The translations under genes and the position numbers were made by a program. This document shows positions 54,325 through 64,000 of a DNA stretch of 64,000 nucleotides, in pieces. A model generated the notes under the pieces. The model saw only the letters and a list, made by a program, of their open reading frames with translations. It was not told the DNA's origin and searched no databases. The stretch is from Escherichia phage bumzen: sequence record MN850635.1; one strand, written 5' to 3'. Position 1 is the stretch's first letter. Every line of letters starts with the position of its first letter.

Positions 54325-55394
54325 TTAACCAGCACCCAATCTTTTTAGGTGGTGAGAGAAAAACTTTTGACTCACTCAATAAGCACTACCCAAAAATCTT
54401 TGAACTTTATAAACAACAAAAAGCACAAGATTGGTCAGAAGATGAGTTCCCTTTTGAACAATCACGTCTTGATTTTGAGAGTGTCCCAGCATCAATGTCA
54501 GGTGTAATGCTTGAGATTCTTAAGTGGCAATGGGAAGCAGACACTCAAGTTGCTAAGAGCTTGGCATTTGCCTTTGCACCTTTTATCTCTGATGACATAT
54601 ATGCAACTGCAATTATGAAGCAGTCTGAGATTGAAAACCTACATGCTCTTACTTACTCAGAGATTGTAAGGCAATGTATTAAAAACCCTGAAACAATCTT
54701 AGATGAGATTAACCAGAATGTTGCTGTGCAAGACCGATTAAAAACTGTGAATCGTGTTCTTGAAGAATTATTGGATGAAGGGATAAACTACCGACTGAGT
54801 TATGTACGTGATTCACTTCTGGACAAAGACCCTTTACACTTCCATAAAGTGATTCTAAAAGGTCTGTTTGCAGTGACTGCACTTGAAGGTATATCTTTTA
54901 TGGCATCCTTTGCATGTACCTTTGCACTTGATGCTCAAGATAAATTTCAGGGTATTGCTCAAGCTGTCCAGAAGATTATGCTTGACGAAATCCTTCACAC
55001 TAAAATTGATATTGAAGTTTTAAAAGAAACTTTAAGAGATGATGAGTGGCAGAAAGCTTTTCAACAGATTCTTCCAGAGATTAAAGTAATCTTAGATGAA
55101 GTAGTTGAAAGTGAAGAGAAATGGTCGTATTATATCTTCTCCGAAGGACGTGCTGTAGTTGGCTTAAATACAAAGCTTCTTCATGAGTGGGTTTACTATA
55201 ATGCTGCCCCACTGTATGATATGTTTGGCATTCCAAGAGATTTTGTAGCTCCCAAAGAACCACCTTTGAAGTACATGATTAAGAAGATGGAAATTGATAA
55301 AGAGCAGAATGCTAATCAGGAGCAACAGAACGGTGCGTACCTGTTGAATACTGTTGTAGATGATTTGAATAGTGGATTTTTAGAGGTTCCTTAA
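54321..55394 (+). CDS. nrdB: ribonucleotide reductase class I small subunit
   Basis: Start set to ATG 54321 after AAGGAG; about 357 aa, helical, directly after nrdA. Confidence 0.75.
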   Translation: MINQHPIFLGGERKTFDSLNKHYPKIFELYKQQKAQDWSEDEFPFEQSRLDFESVPASMSGVMLEILKWQWEADTQVAKSLAFAFAPFISDDIYATAIMKQSEIENLHALTYSEIVRQCIKNPETILDEINQNVAVQDRLKTVNRVLEELLDEGINYRLSYVRDSLLDKDPLHFHKVILKGLFAVTALEGISFMASFACTFALDAQDKFQGIAQAVQKIMLDEILHTKIDIEVLKETLRDDEWQKAFQQILPEIKVILDEVVESEEKWSYYIFSEGRAVVGLNTKLLHEWVYYNAAPLYDMFGIPRDFVAPKEPPLKYMIKKMEIDKEQNANQEQQNGAYLLNTVVDDLNSGFLEVP

Positions 55395-55636
55395 TGACTT
55401 ATATAATTTACTCCAAAACTGGATGCCCTCAGTGTGAGACTGCAAAGAATTTTGCAAAAGCTCGTGGTATTGACCATGTTGTGAGAATGTTAGGGCAGGA
55501 TTATGAACTGTCAGACCTGATGGATATTGCACAGATGCCAGTTCGTCAGATGCCATTCATCATGAAAACCGATGGACAAAACCTAAAACCTGTTGGGACG
55601 CTACAGAATTTTATGGCAGAGGTGAATAATGCTTAA
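55394..55636 (+). CDS. glutaredoxin-like protein
   Basis: 80 aa; redox motif CPQC near the N-terminus; adjacent to nrdB. Confidence 0.7.
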   Translation: MTYIIYSKTGCPQCETAKNFAKARGIDHVVRMLGQDYELSDLMDIAQMPVRQMPFIMKTDGQNLKPVGTLQNFMAEVNNA

Positions 55637-55835
55637 ACGCATTTGGGAAGGTTTGGTTGTTGATGCACCAGCTATTGTGATTGGTATGCTTATTGTTAAC
55701 CTATTTACTGACTTTGAACAAGGTTCATTGTTTGGAGCCATGTTACTATGGGTTATCTTCGAAATATTAGAGATACAGCTAGGCATCACTGAAAAACTAA
55801 GAGAAATCTTTGCGAAGTTTTCTAAAAAGATTTAA
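55629..55835 (+). CDS. small membrane protein
   Basis: 68 aa, hydrophobic. Confidence 0.35.
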   Translation: MLKRIWEGLVVDAPAIVIGMLIVNLFTDFEQGSLFGAMLLWVIFEILEIQLGITEKLREIFAKFSKKI

Positions 55836-55843
55836 AATGAAAG

Positions 55844-55865
55844 GGTCTCTTCGGAGACCTTTTTA
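55844..55865 (+). terminator. rho-independent terminator with UUCG tetraloop
   Basis: GGGTCTC-TTCG-GAGACC followed by TTTTT. Confidence 0.75.
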
Positions 55866-55883
55866 GCATGTAAAGGGGCAATA

Positions 55884-58028
55884 ATGAACAAAGTACAGAT
55901 TATTAAAAAGAATGGCTCACTTGAAGAACCTGATATCAAAAAAGTTTTAGCAGCAGTCACAAAGTCAGCTAACAGAGTTGGTTATAAAGAGCTTCCACCA
56001 GATGTTACTCAAGCTCTTGAGTCAGCATTTATGAGGATTCTGGTAAAGTCCACTAAGCAGAATAATTTGCTAATTTCGGTAAATGATATTCACAGTATTG
56101 TTGAGGGTGCTTTGGCAGAAGTCAATCACGAGATTTATGAGTCTTACTCAACATATAGAAATTACCGTAAAGAGGTTGCTCAAAATTGGGATGAGCTTTA
56201 CCAAAAGACTAGAGATACACTCTTCTTAGGTGACCGTGAAAATGCTAACTTTGACAGCAGTTTAATTTCTACAAAAGGCTCAATTATTCGTGGTTACTTG
56301 ACTAAAGAAATCTTTAAACAGTACCATTTAACACCAGAGGAACTTGAAGCCATTGAAAAAGGGTTTATCTACATCCATGATTTAAGAGACCTAATTTTTG
56401 GTGGTATCAACTGTTGCCTGTTTGACATCGGTAAAGTACTGAAAGGTGGCTTTGAAATGTCTGGTATCGAATACTGTGAACCAAAGTCTGTGCTGTCAGC
56501 CTTACAGGTTATTGGCGATGTAGTTCTTTCAGCAACTGCACAGCAATTTGGTGGCTTTACTTTAGCAGAGATTGATAAGGTACTTGTACCGTATGCTAAA
56601 AAATCTTTAGTGTACCACTCAGAGAAAGCTGAAGAGTACGGAATACCTAAAGAGCAACACTATAATTACGTAATGGAGCAATTACAGAATGAGTTAACAC
56701 AAGGTTTCCAATCTCTTGAAATGAAACTTAACACTGTTCCTTGCAGTCGCGGTGATTTTGCATTTACTACTCTGACATTTGGCCTGTTGGAACCAGATAT
56801 GCACAATGAAGATAACCGTCTTCAGTTTATGATTGCCAATACAATCCTTAATGTAAGGATGAACGGGCAAGGAAAAAGCAAAAAACCTGTTGTGTTTCCT
56901 AAACTTGTGTATATCTATGAAGAGACAAGACATAAACTTGATGTATGCCAAGCAAGGTTGTTTGAAAAAGCTATTGAGTGTTGCTCTAAAGCGATGTATC
57001 CAGATTTCTTAAGTGTATCTGGTCATGGTGCTGTAGCAGATGCTTTTAAGCGTTCTGGTAAGGTGATTTCACCGATGGGTTGCAGAGCTTTCTTATCTCC
57101 ATATCTTAACGAGAATGGAGAAGAGTTCTATGTTGGTCGTGCTAACATTGGTGCTGTATCTTTGAACTTGCCAATGATTTACCAGTATTCTAAAGAGAAT
57201 GGTTTAGATTTCTGGAAAGAGCTTGATAAGTACCTAGAGATGATTCGCAGCTTCCACAAGAAACGCTACGAAATGATTGCTAACATGCCAGCAAGCTCTA
57301 ACCCTCTTGCATTCACACAGGGTGGTCTGTACAAAGGGAATAAGAAACCTACTGACAAGGTTGGCTGGGATATCGTGAAGTCCTTCACAGCTTCTTTTGG
57401 GGTTACTGCGCTTGATGAGCTATCTGTTCTTGCTGAAGGTAAACGACTCCATGAAGTTGGAAGCTGTAGTTTTGCATATGATGTTCTGGCATACATTAAC
57501 ATGAAAACTGAAGAGTTTAAGAACGAAGATGGCTTCTTGTATGCGGTATATGGCACTCCAGCAGAATCACTTTGTGGAACTCAGTTAAAACAGTTCAGAG
57601 ATATGTTTGGCGTTATTAAAGGTGTCTCTGACAAGGAATACTTTACAAACAGTTTCCATATGAATGTTGCAGCAGACATCTCACCATTTGAGAAGCAGGA
57701 CTTAGAAGAGCCATTCTTCCATATCTGTAGAGGTGGTAGAATCCAGTATGTAAGGGTAGCTAACCCAGAAAACTTAACAGCACTTAAAAGTTGTATTACA
57801 AGAGGGATGTTGAAAGGTTTCTATCAGGGGCTTAACTTTGACTTAGCAATCTGTGAACATTGTGGTAACAGACCAAAGGCTGATGTTGAAGAATGTGAGG
57901 TTTGCCATTCACATGATATCTCTGTGATTAACAGGGTGTGCGGGTACTTGTCATTCACAAAAATTAAAGGTCAGTCTCGAATGAATGACGCTAAGATGGC
58001 AGAAATTAAGGATAGGGTTTCTATGTAA
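55884..58028 (+). CDS. nrdD: anaerobic ribonucleoside-triphosphate reductase
   Basis: 714 aa; C-terminal zinc site CEHCGN...CEVCHS and glycyl-radical motif RVCGYLS. Confidence 0.85.
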   Translation: MNKVQIIKKNGSLEEPDIKKVLAAVTKSANRVGYKELPPDVTQALESAFMRILVKSTKQNNLLISVNDIHSIVEGALAEVNHEIYESYSTYRNYRKEVAQNWDELYQKTRDTLFLGDRENANFDSSLISTKGSIIRGYLTKEIFKQYHLTPEELEAIEKGFIYIHDLRDLIFGGINCCLFDIGKVLKGGFEMSGIEYCEPKSVLSALQVIGDVVLSATAQQFGGFTLAEIDKVLVPYAKKSLVYHSEKAEEYGIPKEQHYNYVMEQLQNELTQGFQSLEMKLNTVPCSRGDFAFTTLTFGLLEPDMHNEDNRLQFMIANTILNVRMNGQGKSKKPVVFPKLVYIYEETRHKLDVCQARLFEKAIECCSKAMYPDFLSVSGHGAVADAFKRSGKVISPMGCRAFLSPYLNENGEEFYVGRANIGAVSLNLPMIYQYSKENGLDFWKELDKYLEMIRSFHKKRYEMIANMPASSNPLAFTQGGLYKGNKKPTDKVGWDIVKSFTASFGVTALDELSVLAEGKRLHEVGSCSFAYDVLAYINMKTEEFKNEDGFLYAVYGTPAESLCGTQLKQFRDMFGVIKGVSDKEYFTNSFHMNVAADISPFEKQDLEEPFFHICRGGRIQYVRVANPENLTALKSCITRGMLKGFYQGLNFDLAICEHCGNRPKADVEECEVCHSHDISVINRVCGYLSFTKIKGQSRMNDAKMAEIKDRVSM

Positions 58029-58039
58029 AACTTGACAAG

Positions 58040-58426
58040 GTGGTGTGGGTCTTGATAGGCTTACATCACCTTTTTATTTGGAGTTACATTATGGACTTGT
58101 GGCTTTATGTAGCAGTTTGTGGGATTGTATGTCTGATAATCTTATTTATTCTTGGAATAATGCGATTTAGAGACATCATACAGTCAGATTTTTTGCCTGA
58201 GTTTACCATGATAGTTGGAGTTATTACACTTTGTGTCTTGGCTGTGTTCTATTCATACAAAACTGTGATATGGATGGAGGCAAACAATTGTGTAAAAACT
58301 CATCAGCATCGTGAGGTTACTCATTTTGTGAGTGTACTTAGTGGTAGCACCACTATACTTGTCCCACAAACTTCTGTAGAGTATCTTTACACATGTGATA
58401 ATGGTAAAACTATATGGTGGAATTAA
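58040..58426 (+). CDS. hypothetical membrane protein
   Basis: 128 aa, two hydrophobic segments. Confidence 0.4.
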   Translation: MVWVLIGLHHLFIWSYIMDLWLYVAVCGIVCLIILFILGIMRFRDIIQSDFLPEFTMIVGVITLCVLAVFYSYKTVIWMEANNCVKTHQHREVTHFVSVLSGSTTILVPQTSVEYLYTCDNGKTIWWN

Positions 58427-58629
58427 CAATGACAACACTCTTAAAAGTATTGATACCCATACTACATATAGCAGTCTTCTTTTTTGGTGTTAGTGTTATG
58501 GTATGGGGATTTTCAGACCCACAATGGAGTTTCTCATATCATGGTCAGATGGATTTATGGTCATGCTTCAAACCATTTTTAGGGTTAGCTATAGCATTCA
58601 GTGCATTACCAACTAAGGTGAAATTATGA
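58414..58629 (+). CDS. hypothetical small membrane protein
   Basis: 71 aa, hydrophobic. Confidence 0.35.
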   Translation: MVELTMTTLLKVLIPILHIAVFFFGVSVMVWGFSDPQWSFSYHGQMDLWSCFKPFLGLAIAFSALPTKVKL

Positions 58630-59021
58630 TTAAGTTGAACCAAAAACAGTTAGAGTGGATTAAAGATTATGCCTCAGAGTGTGGCTCTTGTGAAAAGAAT
58701 CACGTAAGGTACTCAACATTCCATACGAACTTCACATTGTATATTGGTGACAATGTTCTAAGTGATTCTGTAGAAGATGGTGTAGTATTGCCTAATGAAT
58801 TACTTGATAAACTAGCTGTAGTCTCTGGAACTTGGTCTGAAGAAGATGGTCACGAGCTGTCTGATGATGTTGTCTTCTACACCCTTGAAAACATCATGAA
58901 CCCAGAGTACATTATGCTAATGACTTGCGCACAAGATTGTGTACCATTACAAAACTTCATTAAAGAGCACTGTGAAGAATTTATTACTAAACAGGTTCCT
59001 TGTCAGGTGGTATTTGAATGA
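58626..59021 (+). CDS. hypothetical protein
   Basis: 131 aa ORF. Confidence 0.4.
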   Translation: MIKLNQKQLEWIKDYASECGSCEKNHVRYSTFHTNFTLYIGDNVLSDSVEDGVVLPNELLDKLAVVSGTWSEEDGHELSDDVVFYTLENIMNPEYIMLMTCAQDCVPLQNFIKEHCEEFITKQVPCQVVFE

Positions 59022-59317
59022 GTAAAACAATTCGAAGAAAAGGTTTAAAGAACGTTCATGGACTTTATGAGTGGAGAAATGAGGTACGTAACAGAGAAAA
59101 TGCTTCAGAGGTCTACTACCACTCTGATATGATGTCTAGAAAAGGTGGCTCTTACGACTTCACAAGCCAGCCTTGTAGAGAGATTAAGAAGGCTACTAAA
59201 CGTCTTACAAGAACACAAATAAGGCAGCTTTCTAAGACATCCTACTTAGATGAAGACTTTGACATTGATAGCAAGTCTCCAAAGAAAGCTGCTCAGAGCA
59301 CTTATATGTATTGGTGA
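59018..59317 (+). CDS. hypothetical protein
   Basis: 99 aa ORF. Confidence 0.35.
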   Translation: MSKTIRRKGLKNVHGLYEWRNEVRNRENASEVYYHSDMMSRKGGSYDFTSQPCREIKKATKRLTRTQIRQLSKTSYLDEDFDIDSKSPKKAAQSTYMYW

Positions 59318-59326
59318 GGTAACTAG

Positions 59327-59812
59327 ATGAATTACATGGAGATTCGACCATTTGATACAGCTAATGGTGAAGGGGTTCGTGTAAGCCTCTTCGTAGCTGG
59401 CTGTAAACATCACTGTGAAGGCTGCTTTAACAGGGAGTCTTGGAAGTTTAATGCTGGTAAAGTGTTCACTTATGCAAACCTCTACGGCATCATTAAGTTA
59501 ATGGATGATGATGCTGTCAGTGGGCTGTCAATACTTGGTGGAGAACCTCTGGATGATAGAAATATTCAAGAGGTTACCAACATATGCAAACGTATTAAAA
59601 CCGTTTACCCAGAAAAATCTATCTGGCTCTGGACAGGTTTTCAGTTACACGAAAAAATTCACCTAGATGTGATGAAATATGTTGACGTGGTGATTGATGG
59701 TAAGTATGATTCATCTAAACCAACAGTTAAACCATATCGTGGTTCTGATAACCAAAACCTCTGGAGAAAAGAGTATGGATGGCAAGGCGATTGTCAATGG
59801 CGAGCAGAGTGA
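59327..59812 (+). CDS. nrdG: anaerobic ribonucleotide reductase activating protein (radical SAM)
   Basis: 161 aa; Cys cluster CKHHCEGC near the N-terminus; close to nrdD. Confidence 0.75.
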   Translation: MNYMEIRPFDTANGEGVRVSLFVAGCKHHCEGCFNRESWKFNAGKVFTYANLYGIIKLMDDDAVSGLSILGGEPLDDRNIQEVTNICKRIKTVYPEKSIWLWTGFQLHEKIHLDVMKYVDVVIDGKYDSSKPTVKPYRGSDNQNLWRKEYGWQGDCQWRAE

Positions 59813-60050
59813 TTATTCTGGCAAATGGACTTACGACATCAACAAGTTAGATGCTTGGATGATTTATACGAGAGAAAAATTTGGTGCAAGTTCATTATGT
59901 GCTCTTGCAACGATGGTGAAGAACGTTACCTTTGACATTCATGACTCAGATAAGTTTGGAGACTTCTACAGGATTCAAAACATCAGAGAAGGCATGACTC
60001 CAATTGGTATCACTGAAGAAGAACTTCATAAGTTCTGTATTAAACTTTAA
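59694..60050 (+). CDS. hypothetical protein (overlaps the nrdG 3' end; start uncertain)
   Basis: 118 aa ORF in another frame; likely starts at an internal Met. Confidence 0.3.
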   Translation: MMVSMIHLNQQLNHIVVLITKTSGEKSMDGKAIVNGEQSDYSGKWTYDINKLDAWMIYTREKFGASSLCALATMVKNVTFDIHDSDKFGDFYRIQNIREGMTPIGITEEELHKFCIKL

Positions 60051-60331
60051 TGAGGGAGACTAAAATGGGAATTTTAGGTAATATGAAAGCTGGCTTCTTG
60101 AAGGCACTGGCAAAAGCAGCAGCAATCATTTCTATGACTGGAAAGCAGGTTGGTGTAGATGCTTCAGCAGTTGCACAAGTTCTTACAAGCCAAATTGAAC
60201 AGCAACCTTACATCTACGTAGGCCGTGGCAAAGGTGGTAAAAAACAAGCACATCGACCAACTGGTGCAGCAGCAATTAAACGTGCAGCTAAAAAAGCTCG
60301 TAACCGTAAACGTAATAAGAAGGCTAAATAA
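60050..60331 (+). CDS. hypothetical protein with basic C-terminus
   Basis: 93 aa; C-terminus RAAKKARNRKRNKKAK. Confidence 0.4.
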   Translation: MRETKMGILGNMKAGFLKALAKAAAIISMTGKQVGVDASAVAQVLTSQIEQQPYIYVGRGKGGKKQAHRPTGAAAIKRAAKKARNRKRNKKAK

Positions 60332-60333
60332 TC

Positions 60334-60654
60334 ATGAGCAAAGTTTATAACACTCGCAAATTACAGATTTTCGTACTGTGCCAGTTTATGGCTAAAGAAT
60401 ACAACTTCTACTATTGCGGCACAGGTTTTATTAGCGACGATGATGGTTCATACCTACCATTCAAAGAAGCTGTAAAACTCTTTAATGAAGAGAAAAGCTC
60501 TAAGAAAGATATTGAAAAGGTTAAGCTAACTTACAGTAAGAAAGATAAGAAGATTATCTGCCTAGATAACTTTGTAAAAGTTACTGGAGAAGCAAAAGAG
60601 TTTATGGATGAGAGTGAGATTTCATTCACAAGCATCTTGAAAGTAGCTCAGTAA
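60334..60654 (+). CDS. hypothetical protein
   Basis: 106 aa ORF followed by a terminator. Confidence 0.4.
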   Translation: MSKVYNTRKLQIFVLCQFMAKEYNFYYCGTGFISDDDGSYLPFKEAVKLFNEEKSSKKDIEKVKLTYSKKDKKIICLDNFVKVTGEAKEFMDESEISFTSILKVAQ

Positions 60655-60667
60655 ACAGATACTATAA

Positions 60668-60690
60668 GGGAACTGTAAAGGTTCCCTTTT
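60668..60690 (+). terminator. rho-independent terminator
   Basis: GGGAAC-tgtaaag-GTTCCC followed by TTTTTATTTT. Confidence 0.7.
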
Positions 60691-60705
60691 TATTTTGGAG
60701 ATGAT

Positions 60706-61221
60706 ATGTATCTGTCAAACCTAAAACGTTCTGCTGCAATGTCAGTGCTAAGACTCAGCTTTGAGGAACGTCAAGAGTTCATTGACTCCCACCAATACGA
60801 CCCTTCTAACTCCAATCACATGATTCTCTGGAATCGTGGCAGTACTCGTGAAAGAGCACTATTCCGTTACTACCCGCATTACACCATAGATAACCTGTAT
60901 GAATGTTTTGTTGTGAAGAACACCATTACAGTACTTAATAGACTTTGCAGATACACAGGTAGTCAATCCTTCACATTAGGCCACCACAAACCTGTTACAA
61001 AGGGTGGTGAGCATCACTGTGCAAACTGGTTTATCCAGACTAAACTTGATAATCAGAATCAAGGAGATAGCCTTCTAAGCACCCCTAAGATGACCTATGA
61101 AGAGCAAGAGAAATATATCAAAAATAATATGCCAGAGGTGCTTGACAACAACTATACAGATTTGGCAATATCTCTCCTGTTGAAGTTCGAGACAGTTTAT
61201 AGGGCAACTTACAATGGCTAA
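60706..61221 (+). CDS. HNH nuclease-like protein
   Basis: 171 aa; LGHHKPVTKGGEHHCANW fits an HNH-type arrangement. Confidence 0.4.
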   Translation: MYLSNLKRSAAMSVLRLSFEERQEFIDSHQYDPSNSNHMILWNRGSTRERALFRYYPHYTIDNLYECFVVKNTITVLNRLCRYTGSQSFTLGHHKPVTKGGEHHCANWFIQTKLDNQNQGDSLLSTPKMTYEEQEKYIKNNMPEVLDNNYTDLAISLLLKFETVYRATYNG

Positions 61222-61492
61222 AGAGAAGTGGGAAATTTTACCATTAGTGAGTGAAGGTGGTAATGGTTGTGAGATGTACATGATACGTGGTCATGTTCCA
61301 GAACCAATTGCACTTGAGATGGTAAACAATTTTACAGATGGCTCTTACAAAGATTTAGGAGAGCCAACTATAAAGCATCAATGGGTCAAACCTGTACCAG
61401 ACAGCACAGGTAACTGTAGTGTACTTTATCACGTTGTAGACCCTGCAAAATGCAAATCTGCAATGGCAGTAACAAACATAACCTTTGATTGA
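61214..61492 (+). CDS. hypothetical protein
   Basis: 92 aa ORF. Confidence 0.35.
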   Translation: MAKEKWEILPLVSEGGNGCEMYMIRGHVPEPIALEMVNNFTDGSYKDLGEPTIKHQWVKPVPDSTGNCSVLYHVVDPAKCKSAMAVTNITFD

Positions 61493-62387
61493 GAGAGAGA
61501 AAACTATGAAAACTGTTATTGAAGTCGTTGTCACCGCACAAGAGAAATTCTTCCACACAGAAAAATTTAATATCATCCAATTCCCATCTGGAGAAATTGG
61601 TGGAAACTTCTCTGAAGATTTTGTTAAGTTTACTGAGCGTAATGCTGGTAAGATTGACAATGTTATACTTACTGTGCAGGGATATGATAAAGATACACTG
61701 TTTGCATTAGCTTTGGCTAAGGATGCCGTTGACAGTCTTGTTCCACATAAATCAGCGATGAAAACCGTTGTTTTCGGGTTCTTACCGAATGCTCGATATG
61801 ACCGACATATGTTCAAAGGTGATTCAGCAGCACTGAAAGCTTTTGCCAACCTCGTTAATGCAATGGGCTTTGATGCAGTATGTGCTCTTGACCCTCACAG
61901 CAATGTTGCAGAAAACTTATTTAAGTGCTTTCAGGGCATGAAGCAAAAAGATGTAGCAGCACACTTTGCAAGTGACCCACGCATTGATTTCTTGGTAGCC
62001 CCAGATGCAGGTGCAGCTAAGAAGACTGAAGAGACTGCTAAAGAGGTGGATAAACCATATATCACAATGTCTAAAATGCGTAACCTTAAGACTGGTGAAA
62101 TTACTGGTATGCGAATCCTTGATGATGTTGATTTGACCGATAAAACTGTTATGATTCTCGACGATATCTGTGATGGCGGTCGAACCTTCATAGAAGCAGC
62201 TAAACATCTTCGTGAAGCAGGTGCAAAACGTGTGGAACTCTATGTAACTCATGGCATTTTCTCTAAAGGTGTTGAAAGCTTACTTGACAATGGTATTGAC
62301 CATATCTACACTACAAACACTTTAGGTGAAGCTAAAGACCGTGGCTTAACACATTATGGCCAAGTTACTGTAGCAACCATTGATTGA
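61485..62387 (+). CDS. prs: ribose-phosphate pyrophosphokinase (PRPP synthetase)
   Basis: 300 aa; PRPP-binding motif VMILDDICDGGRT; true start may be the internal MKTVIEV. Confidence 0.75.
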   Translation: MIEREKTMKTVIEVVVTAQEKFFHTEKFNIIQFPSGEIGGNFSEDFVKFTERNAGKIDNVILTVQGYDKDTLFALALAKDAVDSLVPHKSAMKTVVFGFLPNARYDRHMFKGDSAALKAFANLVNAMGFDAVCALDPHSNVAENLFKCFQGMKQKDVAAHFASDPRIDFLVAPDAGAAKKTEETAKEVDKPYITMSKMRNLKTGEITGMRILDDVDLTDKTVMILDDICDGGRTFIEAAKHLREAGAKRVELYVTHGIFSKGVESLLDNGIDHIYTTNTLGEAKDRGLTHYGQVTVATID

Positions 62388-62396
62388 AACTTTATA

Positions 62397-62417
62397 GGGG
62401 CTTGAAAGCCCCATTTT
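62397..62417 (+). terminator. terminator-like hairpin
   Basis: GGGGCT-tgaa-AGCCCC followed by ATTTT. Confidence 0.55.
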
Positions 62418-62432
62418 GAGAGAGATTAAAAG

Positions 62433-64000
62433 ATGACTAAATCACTTTATGCAGTACCAGCAGGTTTAAACGCAGATGCTTACAAATCTGGTCATGTTTA
62501 CCAGTATCCTAGTGCAACAGATTACTTGATGTTCAACCTGACACCACGTAGCGACAAATGGTTTAACAGCCCTTTAGCAATTGATGGTGTAGTGGCTTTT
62601 GGTATTCAACGTTTTGTTAAAGATTACTTGATAGACCACTGGAACGCCACTTTCTTTGAACGTGATAAAAAAGAAGCAATTGACGAAATCTTAGAAGTTA
62701 TGAATGGTGTTCTGGGGAAAGATGCTATCGGTCGAGAGCATTGGGAAGCACTTCACGACTTAGGTTATCTACCAGTTGAAGTGTACGCTGTAGAAGAAGG
62801 CACAGTTGTCCCGATGCGTGTCCCAATGATTGTCTTCCAGAACACTGTTTCAGGTTTCCATTGGGTAGCAGGTTATCTAGAAGACGCTTTCTCTGCTGAG
62901 ATTTGGAAGGCTTGCACCATTGCAACTATTGCATTGCACTACAAACGTATCTGTAAGAAGTGGGCTGACCTCACTTGCGACAACGACTTGCATTTACCTT
63001 ATCAGTGCCATGACTTTGCTATGCGTGGTATGTCCGGCTTTACTGATGACGCATTCAACGCTGTAGGACACTTAACCAGCTTTAAAGGGACTGATAGCTT
63101 CCCTGCTGTATACACGGCTAAACGTATCTATGGGCAGACCTATCCAATCTCTGATATTGGAAGCTCTGTACCAGCCACTGAACACTCTGTAATGTGTGCA
63201 AACATTGCTTGGGAAGGTGGTAACGAGTTGGTTGAAGAAGAAAGACGATTTAAAGGTGAGTTACAAACCTTCCGTCGTTTCTTAACAGAAACTTACCCAA
63301 CTGGTATTGCAAGTATTGTTTCAGACACTTATAACTTCTGGAGAACTGTGTCAGAAATCTTACCAGCACTTCGTAAAGAAATTATGGAACGTGATGGTAA
63401 GCTGGTAATTCGCCCTGACTCTGGAGACCCTGTACATATTGTCACAGGCTATAAAGCAATCCACTTAGAGTGTGCTAAGAAGGCTTATTATGAGCACCTA
63501 AGCAAGCTGGAAGCTAGTGACACAATGTTGAATGCTGTTCTGAACATGAAGCTTGAAAACATCAACTATGGTATTGCTGGATGGCTACTGTCAGAAGGCT
63601 ACGAAATGGTTGTTGACAAAGAAGACTTTGAAGTTGCTGATACAGTGATGTTGAAAAATGCTTATATGGTTGGCTCTGCAAACGTTGTAACACGTCCTGT
63701 AGCAGAGATTGATGGAGCTATTAAGACCCTGTACAACATCTTCGGAGGGACTATTAACTCTAAAGGGTTTAAGGTACTGGATGAGCACATCGGCCTTATC
63801 TATGGTGACTCTATCACGCTGGAACGTGCAAACGAAATCCTGAAGCGTCTGTATGAAATGGGTTTTGCAAGCTCTAACGTAGTGTTTGGTGTAGGCTCTT
63901 ACACTTACCAGTACATGACTCGTGACACCTTTGCATTTGCTGTCAAAGCAACTCTTGCAAGCATTGGTGGTAAAGAGATTATGCTTGCAAAAGACCCTAA
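62433..64000 (+). CDS. nadV: nicotinamide phosphoribosyltransferase (3'-truncated at window end)
   Basis: ATG 62433 after GAGAGAT; frame open to the window end (over 520 codons); N-terminal MTKSLYAVPAGLNADAYKSGHVYQYP and FAMRGMSG resemble NadV/NAMPT as I recall it. Confidence 0.7.
   Translation, partial: MTKSLYAVPAGLNADAYKSGHVYQYPSATDYLMFNLTPRSDKWFNSPLAIDGVVAFGIQRFVKDYLIDHWNATFFERDKKEAIDEILEVMNGVLGKDAIGREHWEALHDLGYLPVEVYAVEEGTVVPMRVPMIVFQNTVSGFHWVAGYLEDAFSAEIWKACTIATIALHYKRICKKWADLTCDNDLHLPYQCHDFAMRGMSGFTDDAFNAVGHLTSFKGTDSFPAVYTAKRIYGQTYPISDIGSSVPATEHSVMCANIAWEGGNELVEEERRFKGELQTFRRFLTETYPTGIASIVSDTYNFWRTVSEILPALRKEIMERDGKLVIRPDSGDPVHIVTGYKAIHLECAKKAYYEHLSKLEASDTMLNAVLNMKLENINYGIAGWLLSEGYEMVVDKEDFEVADTVMLKNAYMVGSANVVTRPVAEIDGAIKTLYNIFGGTINSKGFKVLDEHIGLIYGDSITLERANEILKRLYEMGFASSNVVFGVGSYTYQYMTRDTFAFAVKATLASIGGKEIMLAKDP

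Overview
This window reads as part of a large lytic-type tailed phage genome (about 39-40% GC by eye). From start to end: (1) a gene for a Ro60-like (TROVE plus vWA) protein at 195-1610; (2) a ~5.4 kb tRNA array (1776-7048) with 27 tRNA genes called by manual cloverleaf folding, interleaved with non-tRNA structured elements, an HNH endonuclease gene and two protein genes; (3) a + strand structural block at 7271-30945: terminase large subunit, portal, S49-type prohead protease/scaffold, HK97-like major capsid, Mu/P2-like contractile tail (sheath, tube, chaperones, tape measure, baseplate) and two tail-fibre genes; (4) a - strand block at 30983-42210: thymidylate synthase, DHFR, small proteins, two unusual repeat-rich intergenic regions flanking a 2-gene cassette, ATP-dependent DNA ligase, a small lipoprotein, HNH-AP2 endonuclease and family-A DNA polymerase; (5) a + strand replication/nucleotide block at 42468-64000: dNMP kinase, primase-helicase, SSB-like protein, FEN/RNase H, more homing-endonuclease-like genes, class I and class III ribonucleotide reductases with glutaredoxin and NrdG, PRPP synthetase and a truncated nicotinamide phosphoribosyltransferase. 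The most interesting candidate system is the Ro60-like gene followed by a family of stem-closed RNA elements inside the tRNA array, one of which encloses a circularly permuted tRNA-like module (Y-RNA-like architecture). Limits: everything is from manual reading with no searches run; tRNA coordinates are +/-3 nt, anticodons come from hand folding, CDS starts mostly follow the ORF track, and functional calls rest on recalled motifs and gene order.
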